The notes: generated from the sequence alone by a model not told the origin. A stretch of 64,000 bases of DNA from an uncultured Puniceicoccaceae bacterium (GCA_963933835.1 CAWVVV010000004.1:32001-96000); one strand, 5' to 3'; counted from the stretch's first letter, positions 47,475 through 58,299 are shown. Made by a program: numbers and translations.

Positions 47475-49439
47475 ATGGAAAAAGACCCTTCAGAATCCGC
47501 ATCGCATGAAAACCTGAGTTTCCCGCCGTCTCCGGAATTCGCTGCCAAAGCTCACATCAGCTCACTCGATGAATATCGGGCGATGCACAAACGCAGCTTG
47601 GAAGATCCCGAGGGATTTTGGTCGGAAGTGGCCGAAGAGCTTCATTGGTTTAAGAAGTGGGACACGGTTTTAGACGCATCAGAGAAGCCTTTCTTCAAGT
47701 GGTTTGTCGGCGGAAAAACAAATCTTTGCTACAATGCAGTCGATCGTCACCTCGATGGCGCGCGGGCTGATGCCGATGCGATCATCTGGGAAGGGGAGCC
47801 AGGCGATGAGCGCCGCCTCAGTTTTCGTGACTTGCACCGCGACGTTCAGGTCTTCGCCAATGTATTGAAATCTCTCGGAGTGGGGAAGGGCGACAGTGTA
47901 GCACTTTACCTCCCAATGGTTCCCGAGCTCGCGATCGCGGTTCTGGCGTGTGCGCGCATTGGCGCGGTGCACAGTGTGATTTTTGCTGGGTTCAGTCCGG
48001 ACTCAATTCGCGATCGCGTCCTCGATGCGAAATCGAAGCTAGTGATCACGGGTGACGGTGGCTGGCGTCGGGGCAAGGTCTTGGATCTTAAGTCGATCGT
48101 CGATGAAGGCGTCGAAAACTGCGCTTGTCTTGATAACGTCCTCGTTGTGGCGCGTGAAGTTGGAAGCACAGAGTTCCCGTGTGAGATGAAGGCAGAGCGT
48201 GATGTCTGGTATCACGAAGCGGCAAAGACCGTCCCGGCAGAGTGCCCGTGCGAAGAGCTTGATAGTGAGGATATGGCCTTCCTTCTCTACACGAGTGGAT
48301 CGACCGGGAAGCCGAAGGGCATCATGCACACCGTTGGTGGCTATGGTGTCTACACGTATTTAACTTCCAAATACGTCTTTGATCTGAGGCCCGATGATAT
48401 TTATTGGTGCACGGCAGATATCGGTTGGATCACTGGCCACAGCTATATCGTCTACGGACCACTGCAAAATGGGGCGACCATCCTGATGTATGAGGGCGCT
48501 CCGAATCATCCCGAGCCCGATCGTTTCTGGGATATTGTTGAGCGTCACCGCCCGACGATTCTTTACACCGCTCCAACCGCTATTCGCGCCTTTATGAAGT
48601 GGGGCGACGACTGGGTAAAGAAGCACGACCTTTCTTCCCTGCGCCTCCTTGGCTCCGTAGGTGAGCCGATCAATCCTGAAGCGTGGCTCTGGTATCACGA
48701 GCTCATTGGTGGCAGCCGCTGTCCGATTGTTGACACCTGGTGGCAGACGGAGACCGGAGGCATTTTGATCACGCCACTACCCGGAGTGACACCGACAAAG
48801 CCAGGCTCTGCGACGCTCCCGTTTTTTGGGATTGATGCCGCTGTGCTTGATGAAGAAGGCAATGAAGTGGATGCGGGGCTACTCGCCATCCGAAGCACTT
48901 GGCCGAGTATTTTGCGCGGAGTATGGGGTGATGAAGAACGCTTCAAGGATACCTACTGGTGCAACTGGAAAGGCGAATTCTACTTCCCCGGTGATGGCGC
49001 GCAAGTCGACAAAGATGGATACATCTGGATCACGGGCCGAGTTGACGATGTCGTGAATGTTTCAGGACACCGCATTGGCACCGCTGAACTGGAAAGTGTC
49101 TTCATCGAAAACCATAAGGTGGCCGAGAGTGCGGTGATTGGGGTTCCACACGAAATCAAAGGACAGGGCCTCGTTGCCTTCGTTCTATTACGCGGCAATG
49201 ACAGCGACGGCAGTCCGGAGCTTCGCAAAGAACTGAATGAGCTCGTCGCGAAAAAAATCGGTAAGTTTGCCCGCCCCGAGAAAATCATCTTTAGCGCAGA
49301 TCTTCCGAAGACGCGGAGTGGTAAAATCATGCGTCGCCTCCTGCGCGATATTGCGACCGGTCATGACCTAGGGAACGTCACGACGCTGGCGGACGCTGGC
49401 GTCGTCGAAGATCTCAAGCGCAAGTATAGCGAAGCCTAG
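47475..49439 (+). CDS. acs: Acetyl-CoA synthetase
   Basis: YTSGSTGKPKG, DIGWITGH, SVGEPIN, DTWWQTETG, PKTRSGKIMRR. Confidence 0.97.
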   Translation: MEKDPSESASHENLSFPPSPEFAAKAHISSLDEYRAMHKRSLEDPEGFWSEVAEELHWFKKWDTVLDASEKPFFKWFVGGKTNLCYNAVDRHLDGARADADAIIWEGEPGDERRLSFRDLHRDVQVFANVLKSLGVGKGDSVALYLPMVPELAIAVLACARIGAVHSVIFAGFSPDSIRDRVLDAKSKLVITGDGGWRRGKVLDLKSIVDEGVENCACLDNVLVVAREVGSTEFPCEMKAERDVWYHEAAKTVPAECPCEELDSEDMAFLLYTSGSTGKPKGIMHTVGGYGVYTYLTSKYVFDLRPDDIYWCTADIGWITGHSYIVYGPLQNGATILMYEGAPNHPEPDRFWDIVERHRPTILYTAPTAIRAFMKWGDDWVKKHDLSSLRLLGSVGEPINPEAWLWYHELIGGSRCPIVDTWWQTETGGILITPLPGVTPTKPGSATLPFFGIDAAVLDEEGNEVDAGLLAIRSTWPSILRGVWGDEERFKDTYWCNWKGEFYFPGDGAQVDKDGYIWITGRVDDVVNVSGHRIGTAELESVFIENHKVAESAVIGVPHEIKGQGLVAFVLLRGNDSDGSPELRKELNELVAKKIGKFARPEKIIFSADLPKTRSGKIMRRLLRDIATGHDLGNVTTLADAGVVEDLKRKYSEA

Positions 49440-49442
49440 AGC

Positions 49443-50090
49443 TTACTTCTTTGATGCCTTTTCGAGCTTCTTCAGCTTCGGCTTGATGACGTACTGGCAA
49501 TAAGACTGGTTCTTGTTGTTCTCGTAGTAGTCCTGATGGTACTTCTCGGCTTCATAGAACGTATCCAATGGCGCGACTTCTGTCACAATTGGATCAGAGA
49601 AATCGCTCTGAGCTTTTTGCATTGAAGCCTCAGTGGCCGCTTTCTGGTCATCATCTGAGTAGAGGATGATGCTGCGGTATTGCGTTCCGCGATCGGCCCC
49701 TTGGCGGTTGAGCGTGGTGGGGTCGTGCGCGATCCAAAAGAAATCAAGGAGCTCACCTAGCTCGATCACCTCTGGATCAAAAGTCACCTTAACGACTTCG
49801 GCGTGCCCGGTTTGGCCCGTAACGACTGCATTGTAGCTCGGATCCTTGACGTGGCCGCCAGCGAAGCCGGACTCGGTTTTGATAATGCCATCGAGGGTCT
49901 CGTAGACTGCTTCGACACACCAGAAGCAGCCGCCGCCTAGGATAATGGATGGATAGTCTTTTGAGGTTTCAGTCATTTTGTCAGGTGTGGTGGGCATGGA
50001 AAAGAGAAGGGTGGCGAGGAGCGATCCGCCTGCGATTAGAGAAAAAACACCGAGGCCTAGCCGTTTGCGGATTAAAATGTTTAAACTCAT
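49443..50090 (-). CDS. msrA: Peptide methionine sulfoxide reductase MsrA with N-terminal signal/anchor
   Basis: GGCFWC, GHAEVV, QGADRGTQYRS, YHQDYY, YC. Start uncertain. Confidence 0.95.
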   Translation of the reverse strand: MSLNILIRKRLGLGVFSLIAGGSLLATLLFSMPTTPDKMTETSKDYPSIILGGGCFWCVEAVYETLDGIIKTESGFAGGHVKDPSYNAVVTGQTGHAEVVKVTFDPEVIELGELLDFFWIAHDPTTLNRQGADRGTQYRSIILYSDDDQKAATEASMQKAQSDFSDPIVTEVAPLDTFYEAEKYHQDYYENNKNQSYCQYVIKPKLKKLEKASKK

Positions 50091-50227
50091 CTCGGTCTGA
50101 AGGTTGGAGGAAGGTGTATATTCCATCAACCCTACGAAGCCTTTTTCCTACAATTAGCCTTTTCCCTTGCTGAGCCCAATGGGGCAGTTTGAATCGATCG
50201 TTTTGATTCTTCTACTCCTCACTCTGA

Positions 50228-53200
50228 ATGCACCTTAAAGAGCTCCGCATCAATGGCTTTAAGAGCTTCGCCGATAATACCAAGCTGACCTTAGAGCCTG
50301 GTGTGACGGCGATCGTGGGCCCCAATGGCTGCGGAAAGAGTAATATTGCGGATGCGATTCGCTGGGTTTTGGGCGAACAAAGTGCGAAAAGCCTGCGAGC
50401 GGGCGGCATGCAGGACGTGATTTTTCAAGGATCGGAGGCACGCAAGCCGGTCAATCTCTGTGAGGTCTCGCTCATCTTCACTGAATGTGAAGAACAGCTG
50501 GGAACCGATTTTGCCGAAGTCGAAGTGACGCGACGCGTGCTCCGCGATGGGGGTGGGCAGTATTTCATCAACGGTAAGCAATGCCGCCTGAAGGACATTC
50601 AACGCCTCTTTCTCGACACTGGTATTGGGCAGGTCAGCTACTCCTTCATGCTCCAAGGGCAGATCGATCAGATTCTTTCTTCGAATCCGGCCGAGCGTCG
50701 GACCATTTTTGAAGAAGCCGCTGGGATCTCTCGCTATAAGGCGCAGCGTCGCGAGGCGTTGAATAAGCTCTCCTCAGTGGACGCAAACCTTGCCCGCGTG
50801 ACCGATGTGATCGAGGAGGTCTCTCGCCAAATTGGATCGCTTAAGCGTCAGGCTTCAAAGGCTCTGCGTTACAAGCGGATCAAGCATCGCCTGACGCATC
50901 TCGATCTTGCGAACAGCTCCTTCCAATACGCGGACTTGCGCCGTGACCTCGTTGAGCGTGAGGCAAAAAGCCAGTTCCTCCGCACTGAAGCGGACAAGTT
51001 GAAGGGGAAGCTTGAGGGCGAAGAGAGTGGGCTCGGCGCTAAGCGCGAGAAGCGCACGGCCTTTGCGACCGCGCTCGAAGAAGCACAACAAGCCGTTTTC
51101 AACCTACGCAACGAGCAAGACAGCGCTAAAACGAAGGGCGAGTTTGCTGAGATTCGCCGCATCGATAACGAGAAACGAATTGGTGAACTGGCTGATGAGA
51201 GTGAAGCCCTTTCCGCGCGTCAGAAGGAATTACAGGACCGCGCCTTTGGAGAAGCAGAATTTCAGAAAGAGCAAATGTCGCTCTTTGGCAGCTCTGATGA
51301 ACTCTTTAAAAGTAAGAGTGCTGAACTGGCTGAGCTACAGTCTAAGTTAACTGAAGCTGAAACTGAGCTCTCTCGCGACCGCCAAGGAGCCTTGGTGAAG
51401 GAGAGTAGCATCACACGCCTGCGCTCAAACTGCACGACACTTGAAGTCGACCTGAAGAGCTATCAGGTGCGGCATGCTAATCTGGCCGATGAGATCAAGG
51501 GCGCTGAGAACGAAGGTGCCGTCGTCCGCGACGAAATTTCAAAGCTCGAGAAGGCCCACATTTCCCGAAAAGAGCGGAAAGTCGAAGAGACAACGCGCGA
51601 AACAGAACGCCGTGAGCAAGTGACATCGCTCGTCACCGCCTTTCGCTCAAAGCAAGAAGAGATCGGCGAAGCCGACCGCCGTCTTGCTGCGATCAATGCA
51701 CAGATTGGCGTCCTTGAGGGTTTACAGGCAAAGCTCGAAGGTTTCTCCGATGGGGCGAAGGCGATCCTTCAAGGCAAGGTCGACGGTATCGATCAGAGCG
51801 ACTGCGATGTCCTTCTTAAATCGGTAAAAGTAGCGCCTGAATTTTCTGCCGGACTCGAGAGCCTACTCGGCGCGCTTGCTGAAGGTGTAGTGGTTAAAAA
51901 CAGCCAACGCGTTGGACCTCTTGCAGCCGCCTTGGTGGAGAAACGCCTTGGTCGCGCTCACTTGAAGTTTGTGGCGCCAACTATCGCGAACGCATCAACG
52001 GGTTTCCCGGAGGATGCAATCCGCGTCCTTGATGTCGTTTCGGCCAGCGATGCTGCGATCCAACCCGTCGTTGTAAATCTACTACAAGGGTGTTACTTTG
52101 TTACGTCGCTGAGCGACTTCCTCTCTTGGTGGGAACAAAATCCGAGCCTCGATTTTTCCCAAGTCGTGACGAGCGATGGCGAAGTTGTTGACCGTCGTGG
52201 CTGGGTCTTGACGGCTCCAACGAAGAAGGCGAAGGACCGCAGTTTCCTCGCTCGTGCAAACGAAATTAAAGCGTTCTCGAAAGAGCGCGTTGAACTTGAT
52301 GAGCGCCTCGAAATCCATCGTCACCAGGGCGCCCAGCTGAGCGAGAAGATTGAGCGTGCTGAAGCCGAAGCTGAAGCCCAGCGGGCTCGCGTCGTCGAGA
52401 TAGGGCAAGAAGTCGCGACGCTTGAAAGCCAGCTTAGTAGCGCCCGAAGGAATCTCGAACAGGTTGAGACTACGGGTGGACGCAAGCAGCGGGAACTCGC
52501 AAATCTTGAGGAACAAAAGAGTGCTTCTGAGCGGCGCTTAGAAACGGGGCGAAGCGAGCTGGCCGAAGCTGAAGCTGACCTTGAAGAACAGCGTAAGAAG
52601 GTTGTGGTCGGCGAAGAGCGCGCTAACGAACTGCGCAATGACCGCGAGCAGCGGCGCGACAGTTTTAACGACATTCGCGTTGAGATGGCCGAGAAGAAGC
52701 AGCGCCTCGCTTCCCTCGAAAAAGGACTTTCAGATATCGAAGCGCAGACGGCTGAAGTTGTCCGTCGTCAGCAGCGCTTAAGCGATGAAACCAAGCTGTT
52801 GGCTGAACAGAATAAGCTGCTTAGTGAAGAGAAAGTCGCTCAGCGGAACCGCTTCGACAAACTGGATGAAGAGATGACCAAAGTGCGTGCGCATCTTGAG
52901 CAGCGCCGAGCGGATCTCAAAGCGGTTGAACTCGAAATCGACGCGATCGAGAAGGGGCTCAGTAGCCAGCGTGAAAGCTACGATCGGATCAGCCGTGAGC
53001 TTAATGTCGTCGATGTCGCGATTGCGAAAGAGCAGTCGAAAGTCAATTTCCTCGAAGAAGAAACCCGCCGCGAATACGACCTCAGTCTCGATTCGGTGAA
53101 CTGGCGGGACGAACTTTGGCAGGCCGGTGAAGCACTGCCGAGCCGCTTGCGGGTTGATATGGACGAGGACTCCCTCGACGACACCACGATCGAAGTAGAG

Positions 53201-53956
53201 CGTCCCGATCCGACCGAAGAAGATCTCGCTGCGTTGGGCAAGACGGACTGGTCGAAAATCGCGGCAGAGGTGAATGCCCTGCGCTCGAAGTTGCACGCGA
53301 TCGGTGCGGTTAACCTTGTCGCAATTGAGGAGTACAAAGAACTCAACGACCGCCACACCTTCCTCAAGACTCAGAGTGATGATCTCTGGGCAGCGAAGGA
53401 CGAACTGCTCAAGGCGATCGACGAAATCAATACGACGAGCCAAGTGCTCTTCGCTGAAACCTTTAAACAGATCCGCGAGAATTTCATTCACACCTTTGAT
53501 AAGCTCTTCGGTGGCGGAAAAGCCGATCTTGAGCTGATCGACGATGGCGATGTGCTGGAGTCAGGCATCGAGATTATTGCGCGTCCTCCGGGCACGCGGT
53601 TAAAGACGCTGCAGCTTCTCTCCGGTGGGCAAAAGACAATGACGGCTGTGGCCTTACTCTTTGCCGTCTACATGGTGAAGCCGAGCCCGTTCTGTGTCCT
53701 CGACGAGCTCGATGCACCGCTCGACGACGCAAACATCGGACGCTTCTGCGGCATGTTGGAGGAGTTCCTCTCTTACTCGCAGTTCCTTATCATCACCCAT
53801 AACAAGCGCACGATCGGTGTCGCCGACACGATTTATGGTGTGACGATGCAAGAGCGTGGCGTTTCACGTCTCGCCTCCATGCGCTTCAATCGGGATACGG
53901 GAGACGCCGAAGTTGCGAAAGAAGAAGAGGCGTCCGCCGACGCGGTGTCGTCTTAG
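50228..53956 (+). CDS. smc: Chromosome segregation protein SMC
   Basis: GFKSF, GPNGCGKSN, coiled coils with hinge, LSGGQK, LDELDAPLD. Confidence 0.97.
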   Translation: MHLKELRINGFKSFADNTKLTLEPGVTAIVGPNGCGKSNIADAIRWVLGEQSAKSLRAGGMQDVIFQGSEARKPVNLCEVSLIFTECEEQLGTDFAEVEVTRRVLRDGGGQYFINGKQCRLKDIQRLFLDTGIGQVSYSFMLQGQIDQILSSNPAERRTIFEEAAGISRYKAQRREALNKLSSVDANLARVTDVIEEVSRQIGSLKRQASKALRYKRIKHRLTHLDLANSSFQYADLRRDLVEREAKSQFLRTEADKLKGKLEGEESGLGAKREKRTAFATALEEAQQAVFNLRNEQDSAKTKGEFAEIRRIDNEKRIGELADESEALSARQKELQDRAFGEAEFQKEQMSLFGSSDELFKSKSAELAELQSKLTEAETELSRDRQGALVKESSITRLRSNCTTLEVDLKSYQVRHANLADEIKGAENEGAVVRDEISKLEKAHISRKERKVEETTRETERREQVTSLVTAFRSKQEEIGEADRRLAAINAQIGVLEGLQAKLEGFSDGAKAILQGKVDGIDQSDCDVLLKSVKVAPEFSAGLESLLGALAEGVVVKNSQRVGPLAAALVEKRLGRAHLKFVAPTIANASTGFPEDAIRVLDVVSASDAAIQPVVVNLLQGCYFVTSLSDFLSWWEQNPSLDFSQVVTSDGEVVDRRGWVLTAPTKKAKDRSFLARANEIKAFSKERVELDERLEIHRHQGAQLSEKIERAEAEAEAQRARVVEIGQEVATLESQLSSARRNLEQVETTGGRKQRELANLEEQKSASERRLETGRSELAEAEADLEEQRKKVVVGEERANELRNDREQRRDSFNDIRVEMAEKKQRLASLEKGLSDIEAQTAEVVRRQQRLSDETKLLAEQNKLLSEEKVAQRNRFDKLDEEMTKVRAHLEQRRADLKAVELEIDAIEKGLSSQRESYDRISRELNVVDVAIAKEQSKVNFLEEETRREYDLSLDSVNWRDELWQAGEALPSRLRVDMDEDSLDDTTIEVERPDPTEEDLAALGKTDWSKIAAEVNALRSKLHAIGAVNLVAIEEYKELNDRHTFLKTQSDDLWAAKDELLKAIDEINTTSQVLFAETFKQIRENFIHTFDKLFGGGKADLELIDDGDVLESGIEIIARPPGTRLKTLQLLSGGQKTMTAVALLFAVYMVKPSPFCVLDELDAPLDDANIGRFCGMLEEFLSYSQFLIITHNKRTIGVADTIYGVTMQERGVSRLASMRFNRDTGDAEVAKEEEASADAVSS

Positions 53957-54517
53957 GCGCGGCGTTTGCTAACCTCGAGACCAGCGCGAGAGATAATCCG
54001 ATTGTCGCGCAATACGATGATTCCGCGTTCGCCGAATCCATTGTCCCCAAGTGAACTTCGGGCTGCAGAAGTTGTAGATCTTGTCATTTGGCTCAATGAC
54101 ATTTGCTAGGCGGCAATTGGATTCAATATCGGTCGTGCTCGCCTCGTCTACGATCCATGCGATGTCCCGCGATTCGCTAAAACTGCGAGAAGTCCGAAAG
54201 TAGTCTTCCGTTAGGTCTTTATCGATGAATTGCCTGACATAGATGTCGATGCCGGCGGAGACGAATTCCACACTAGTACTTACAACCTCATTGATCACGT
54301 CTGCATCGACGTCTGCATCGACGTCTTCGAAATAAGCACTTTTTTGATGCTCAAAAAGTGTCCAATGAGGGATGCAGCTTTGGATGAAGTTTTCCATCGG
54401 CAGAGCATGTTCGAGTCTCAACTCGGCTTCGACTGACCAGAACGCATCGAACCTGTCCCGTAGGACGCCATCAAAGATTTCGCTCAATTGAATGTCAAAA
54501 CGGGCAAGTTGCCTCAT
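53953..54517 (-). pseudogene. Hypothetical protein with a probable +1 frameshift near the 3' end
   Basis: After DKIYNFCSPKFTW, removing one G of the G4 run (54045-54048) gives DNGFGERGIIVLRDNRII...*. Also a 12-bp tandem duplication at 54297-54326. Confidence 0.5.
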
Positions 54518-54807
54518 CGTGGGCCGTTTCGGGGAACTGCGATCAGCCTGAAGACTACCGCGATTTCCAGCCTTCTGGGGAACACGTGAGAATGGTGTCG
54601 TAATGGGGTTCATACGCTGAGTGGGCATCCGTCCAATTTCTCAGGTCGTCGGGATGCCTAATATTTAACTGAATTGAGAGGAGTGAACTCTCAGGTACAA
54701 CGTATAATCCTAAAGTTTCCTTAAGACTGCATAGTAGCCAGCAAACTGCCAGAGTAACTTCAACTATTCAGCTTTCGTCGTGCCAAAAAGTTACCTTTTC
54801 GCAACTT

Positions 54808-55509
54808 TCACTGCTTCTTGCCCTGATGGACGGCTACGATACTAGCGCTTAAGCCGGTTGCTTTGACTGAGCTGAAGCCAGCCGCTCGTAGCTCTTCACT
54901 CATTGCGGCCTTGTTCGGAAAGGCCGCGATACTGCCACCCAAATAATCATAGGCTCCCTTGTCTCCAGTCAGAAGCTTAGCCATCCACGGAAGAATGCCC
55001 TTCACGTAGGCGTAGTAAAAAGGTTTGAACCAGCGATCGGGTTGAGTGAACTCGAGAACAAATAAGCTGCCTCCGGGCTTGAGTGCGCGAAGCATCTCAC
55101 GGAGTCCCTTGTCGCGATCTTCAAGGTTCCTAAGGCCGAAAGAAATCGTGATCGCGTCGATGGTGTTGTCCTCCAGCGTCAGATCGAGGCAGTCGGCCCA
55201 CTCGAAGCGGATGGTTTCCGTTCGTGGATCCTCGACCTTCTTTTTGTCTGCCTCATCGAGCATCGGTTGACAGAAGTCCATCCCGGTAACCGTGACACTT
55301 GAGCCAAGCCCACGCTGGAGGGCAAAGGCGACATCGCCGCTACCCGTGGCCAGATCAACGACTGTCTTCGGTTGCTCGGCTGCGACCATCTTTACGAGGC
55401 GCTTGCGCCAAAGAATATCCAAGCCGCCACTTAGAACGCGATTGGCCCGATCGTAGCGGGAGGCGATTCCGGCGAACATCGACTGTACTTCTTGTCCTTC
55501 TGGCATCAT
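54808..55509 (-). CDS. ubiE: UbiE/MenG ubiquinone/menaquinone C-methyltransferase
   Basis: MFAGIASRYDRANRVLSGG, DLATGSGD, FGLRN, LKPGG, AYDYL. Confidence 0.92.
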   Translation of the reverse strand: MMPEGQEVQSMFAGIASRYDRANRVLSGGLDILWRKRLVKMVAAEQPKTVVDLATGSGDVAFALQRGLGSSVTVTGMDFCQPMLDEADKKKVEDPRTETIRFEWADCLDLTLEDNTIDAITISFGLRNLEDRDKGLREMLRALKPGGSLFVLEFTQPDRWFKPFYYAYVKGILPWMAKLLTGDKGAYDYLGGSIAAFPNKAAMSEELRAAGFSSVKATGLSASIVAVHQGKKQ

Positions 55510-55560
55510 CGACCGTCGGTCTGCACTGCTGAGAGGTCAAGAGCAGGGACAATTATTGAT

Positions 55561-55580
55561 ATTAAACCAAATGGTTGAAT
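55561..55580. promoter_or_regulatory. Palindromic operator, probably for the downstream ArsR
   Basis: ATTAAACCA-AA-TGGTTGAAT (8/9 inverted), ~100 bp upstream of the VOC-ArsR-SRPBCC cluster. Confidence 0.6.
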
Positions 55581-55678
55581 GTGGTCTTGACGCTGCTAAT
55601 GTAGTTACTATCAATTGATCATGTCATTGGTCCGGCACGCCCGGAGCACCTTTTCTCACACCCTCAACTCTAAAAACC

Positions 55679-56095
55679 ATGCCTGAAGATTGCGACAAGA
55701 CCCCACCAAAGATTCTCGAAAACCCATTCACTACCCCCGGCGCGATTTCATGGTCGGATTTAGCAAGTAAAGATCCTGCCGCTTCCAAAGCCTTTTATGC
55801 CGCAGCCTTTGGTTGGGAATTTGAGGAAATGGAAAAGCCAATGGGCACCTACTCATGTATCAAGGTCGATGGTGCCCGGATCGGCGGCATCATGCAAACA
55901 CCCTGTCCGAAAGGCACGACCACATGGACGAGCTACGTAACCGTAGAAGATGCCGACGCGACTTTTGCAAAGGTGAAGGAGCTAGCGGCGATACCGGTCA
56001 CCGATGTTATGATAGTGCCCACTGTAGGTAAGATGTTCCTCTTTCAAGATCCACAAGGCGCGATCATCAACGCCATTCAATACATCAACGACTAG
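55679..56095 (+). CDS. VOC (glyoxalase/bleomycin resistance) family protein
   Basis: PGAISWSDL, FYAAAFGW, WTSYVTVED, DPQGA. Confidence 0.9.
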   Translation: MPEDCDKTPPKILENPFTTPGAISWSDLASKDPAASKAFYAAAFGWEFEEMEKPMGTYSCIKVDGARIGGIMQTPCPKGTTTWTSYVTVEDADATFAKVKELAAIPVTDVMIVPTVGKMFLFQDPQGAIINAIQYIND

Positions 56096-56167
56096 TCGAT
56101 GTATTCTTCGCTTTAGGTAAGCACCTGGAGACAGCCCCCGGGTCTTGCCGAGTAAGTTAAGTTATTT

Positions 56168-56515
56168 GTGAGCCAAAATCTTGATACAACGCTTGCCGCC
56201 CTGAGTCACCACCAGCGTCGTGACATTTTGGAACGTCTTTCCAAGGGGGACTTACGCATCGCCGAGATTGCTGAACCTTATGACCATTCGTTGAATGCCG
56301 TAAGCAAACATATCAAGGTGCTCGAAGAGGCCGGTCTCGTGATTCGTCACAAAACTGGCCGCGAACATTTTATCCACCTCAACCCCGAACCCTTCCGCGA
56401 AGTGGCCCAGTTGGTCCAGTTTTATAGCCGATTTTGGATGGATCGCCTCGACAGTCTCGACGCGCTCTTGAAATCGACCTCGCCCAATGATGAACAAGAT
56501 GAATCCGGAACCTGA
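56168..56515 (+). CDS. ArsR/SmtB family transcriptional regulator
   Basis: ALSHHQRRDILERL, AVSKHIKVLEEAGLV, FWMDRLDSL. Confidence 0.92.
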   Translation: MSQNLDTTLAALSHHQRRDILERLSKGDLRIAEIAEPYDHSLNAVSKHIKVLEEAGLVIRHKTGREHFIHLNPEPFREVAQLVQFYSRFWMDRLDSLDALLKSTSPNDEQDESGT

Positions 56516-56953
56516 ATCACCCACTGGTAGCCTTGCCCTTGAACGCCGCTTTGATGCGGCAATATCGCGCGTCTGGGAAACCTTGCGTGATCCGAAACTC
56601 CTTAAGCAATGGATCGCTGCCCCCTGTGACCAGTTCTCTGATGAACCTCCTGTAGTAGAATTCTGGGTCGGTGGCCGTTCGAGTTGCCGATGATTATAGA
56701 TGGCAAGCCCGCTGGCGTGGAAGGAACCTATCTTGAAATCGTAGAAGAGAAACGCGTCGTCTTTACTTGGTCATGGGTAGGGGTTGAAGACTTTATGGTC
56801 AAAGATACCCTGCTGACGATCGAGATTGAGCCCGACGGGGAGGGAACAAAGTTGAAGCTCACCCATAGCGGCTTCACTGCTCAGCCGCCGCGCGAAGCCC
56901 ATGGCGTGGGCTTGGAAATCGCCCTCGATGCGATGGAGACGCTATTGGCCTAG
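56490..56953 (+). pseudogene. SRPBCC/AHSA1 protein split by a single-base deletion
   Basis: ORFs 56487-56693 and 56684-56953 are the N- and C-halves. Restoring one T at ~56678 gives VGGRFELPMIIDG...GTYLEI..RVVFTW. Confidence 0.8.
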
Positions 56954-57036
56954 CTCATTGCGGCGCATGTTGTTGCTGAAATTTTCGCCTTACCGATTGC
57001 CAAGGCAGTGATTGGTCTGTCTAAACTGCGACACTT

Positions 57037-58299
57037 ATGCTCGATCTACGCTATTTCAGAGAGTCTTTTGACGAGATCCAAACCGGCCTCGCCAAGAAGA
57101 AGTTTGCTGTCGATTTGGATGCCGTCCGCACCCTCGATACCGAGAGGCGGGAAGTGATCACCGTAACGGAAGAGAAGCGGGCTGCGCAGAAAGCAGCCAA
57201 CGGTGAGATGGCTCAACTCGCGAAGGGCTCACCTGAGTTCATTGCGAAGGTGAAGGAGATGAAGGCGATTTCGGCTGAAGTGAAAGCGCTTCAGGCCAAA
57301 CAATCCGATGTAGAAGAGCGCTTCAATGCTGCCTTTCTGGCGATTCCAAATGTGCCTCATGAATCGGTCCCGGTCGGTAAAGACGAGGACGAAAATATTG
57401 TCGCACGCACGCATGGGGATATCGAGTCCCTCAGCGCTGCAGCGGTTCCGCATTGGGATCTGCCGAAGTTTGCCGAGTGGGTCGACCTCGAACGTGGAAC
57501 AAAGGTGACGGGCGCGGGTTGGCCATTTTTTGTCGGCGATATGGCGCGCCTTGTTCGTTCCTTGATCCAGTTCTTCCTGACTGAGAACACGGCCGCTGGT
57601 TTTACCGAGATGCAACCTCCGCTTTGCGTGAACACAGCGAGTGCGACGGCGACTGGGGCATTGCCGGATAAAGAGGGGCAGATGTATCACGCGACGGGTG
57701 ATGACTTTTACCTCATCCCTACAGCTGAAGTGCCTGTAACCAATTTCTACCGAGATGAGATCTTCGAAGCCGGCGAGTTGCCGAAATATGCCGTAGCGCA
57801 TTCACCTTGTTTTCGTCGTGAGGCTGGGAGTCATGGCAAGGACGTGCGTGGTCTGAATCGGGTTCACCAATTTGATAAAGTAGAACTCGTGAAGTGGGTT
57901 GAACCGGCGACGAGTTTCGACGAGCTCGAGACGCTAGTGGCACACGTTGAGGGGCTGTTGCAAAAGCTTGGTCTGCCTTATCGCACCCTACTAATGTGTA
58001 GTGGAGATATTGGTTTCCCACATGCCAAGCAATACGACCTCGAAGTCTGGGCTGCAGGGCAGGGCCGCTGGCTAGAAGTTTCCAGCTGCTCAAACTTCAC
58101 TGACTTTCAAGCGCGCCGCGCCAACATCCGCTACCGTGACGAAGACGGAAAGCCACGTGTAGCTCACACGTTGAACGGCTCGGCACTCGCGATCCCTCGT
58201 GTCCTTGCTTCGATCCTTGAGAATAGTGCTCAAGCCGATGGATCTGTAGCCATACCGGAGGTGCTTCAACCTTGGTTTGGATCGGCGACTCTAAGCTAG
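57037..58299 (+). CDS. serS: Serine--tRNA ligase
   Basis: MLD, IPTAEVP, CFRREAG, RVHQFDKVE, EVSSCSN, TLNGS. Confidence 0.97.
   Translation: MLDLRYFRESFDEIQTGLAKKKFAVDLDAVRTLDTERREVITVTEEKRAAQKAANGEMAQLAKGSPEFIAKVKEMKAISAEVKALQAKQSDVEERFNAAFLAIPNVPHESVPVGKDEDENIVARTHGDIESLSAAAVPHWDLPKFAEWVDLERGTKVTGAGWPFFVGDMARLVRSLIQFFLTENTAAGFTEMQPPLCVNTASATATGALPDKEGQMYHATGDDFYLIPTAEVPVTNFYRDEIFEAGELPKYAVAHSPCFRREAGSHGKDVRGLNRVHQFDKVELVKWVEPATSFDELETLVAHVEGLLQKLGLPYRTLLMCSGDIGFPHAKQYDLEVWAAGQGRWLEVSSCSNFTDFQARRANIRYRDEDGKPRVAHTLNGSALAIPRVLASILENSAQADGSVAIPEVLQPWFGSATLS

Noticed and set aside
52778..53491. Long antisense ORFs (this one, 60305-60928, 22784-23395, 16507-17079 and others)
   Set aside because: Shadow frames of well-supported genes; no independent motifs.
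8352..53956. scpA and smc as a Wadjet/Mks-like defence system
   Set aside because: Both are canonical housekeeping condensin subunits, 41 kb apart, with no JetD/MksG.
56676..56693. Programmed ribosomal frameshift in SRPBCC
   Set aside because: No slippery heptamer or downstream stimulatory structure seen; a 1-bp deletion explains it.
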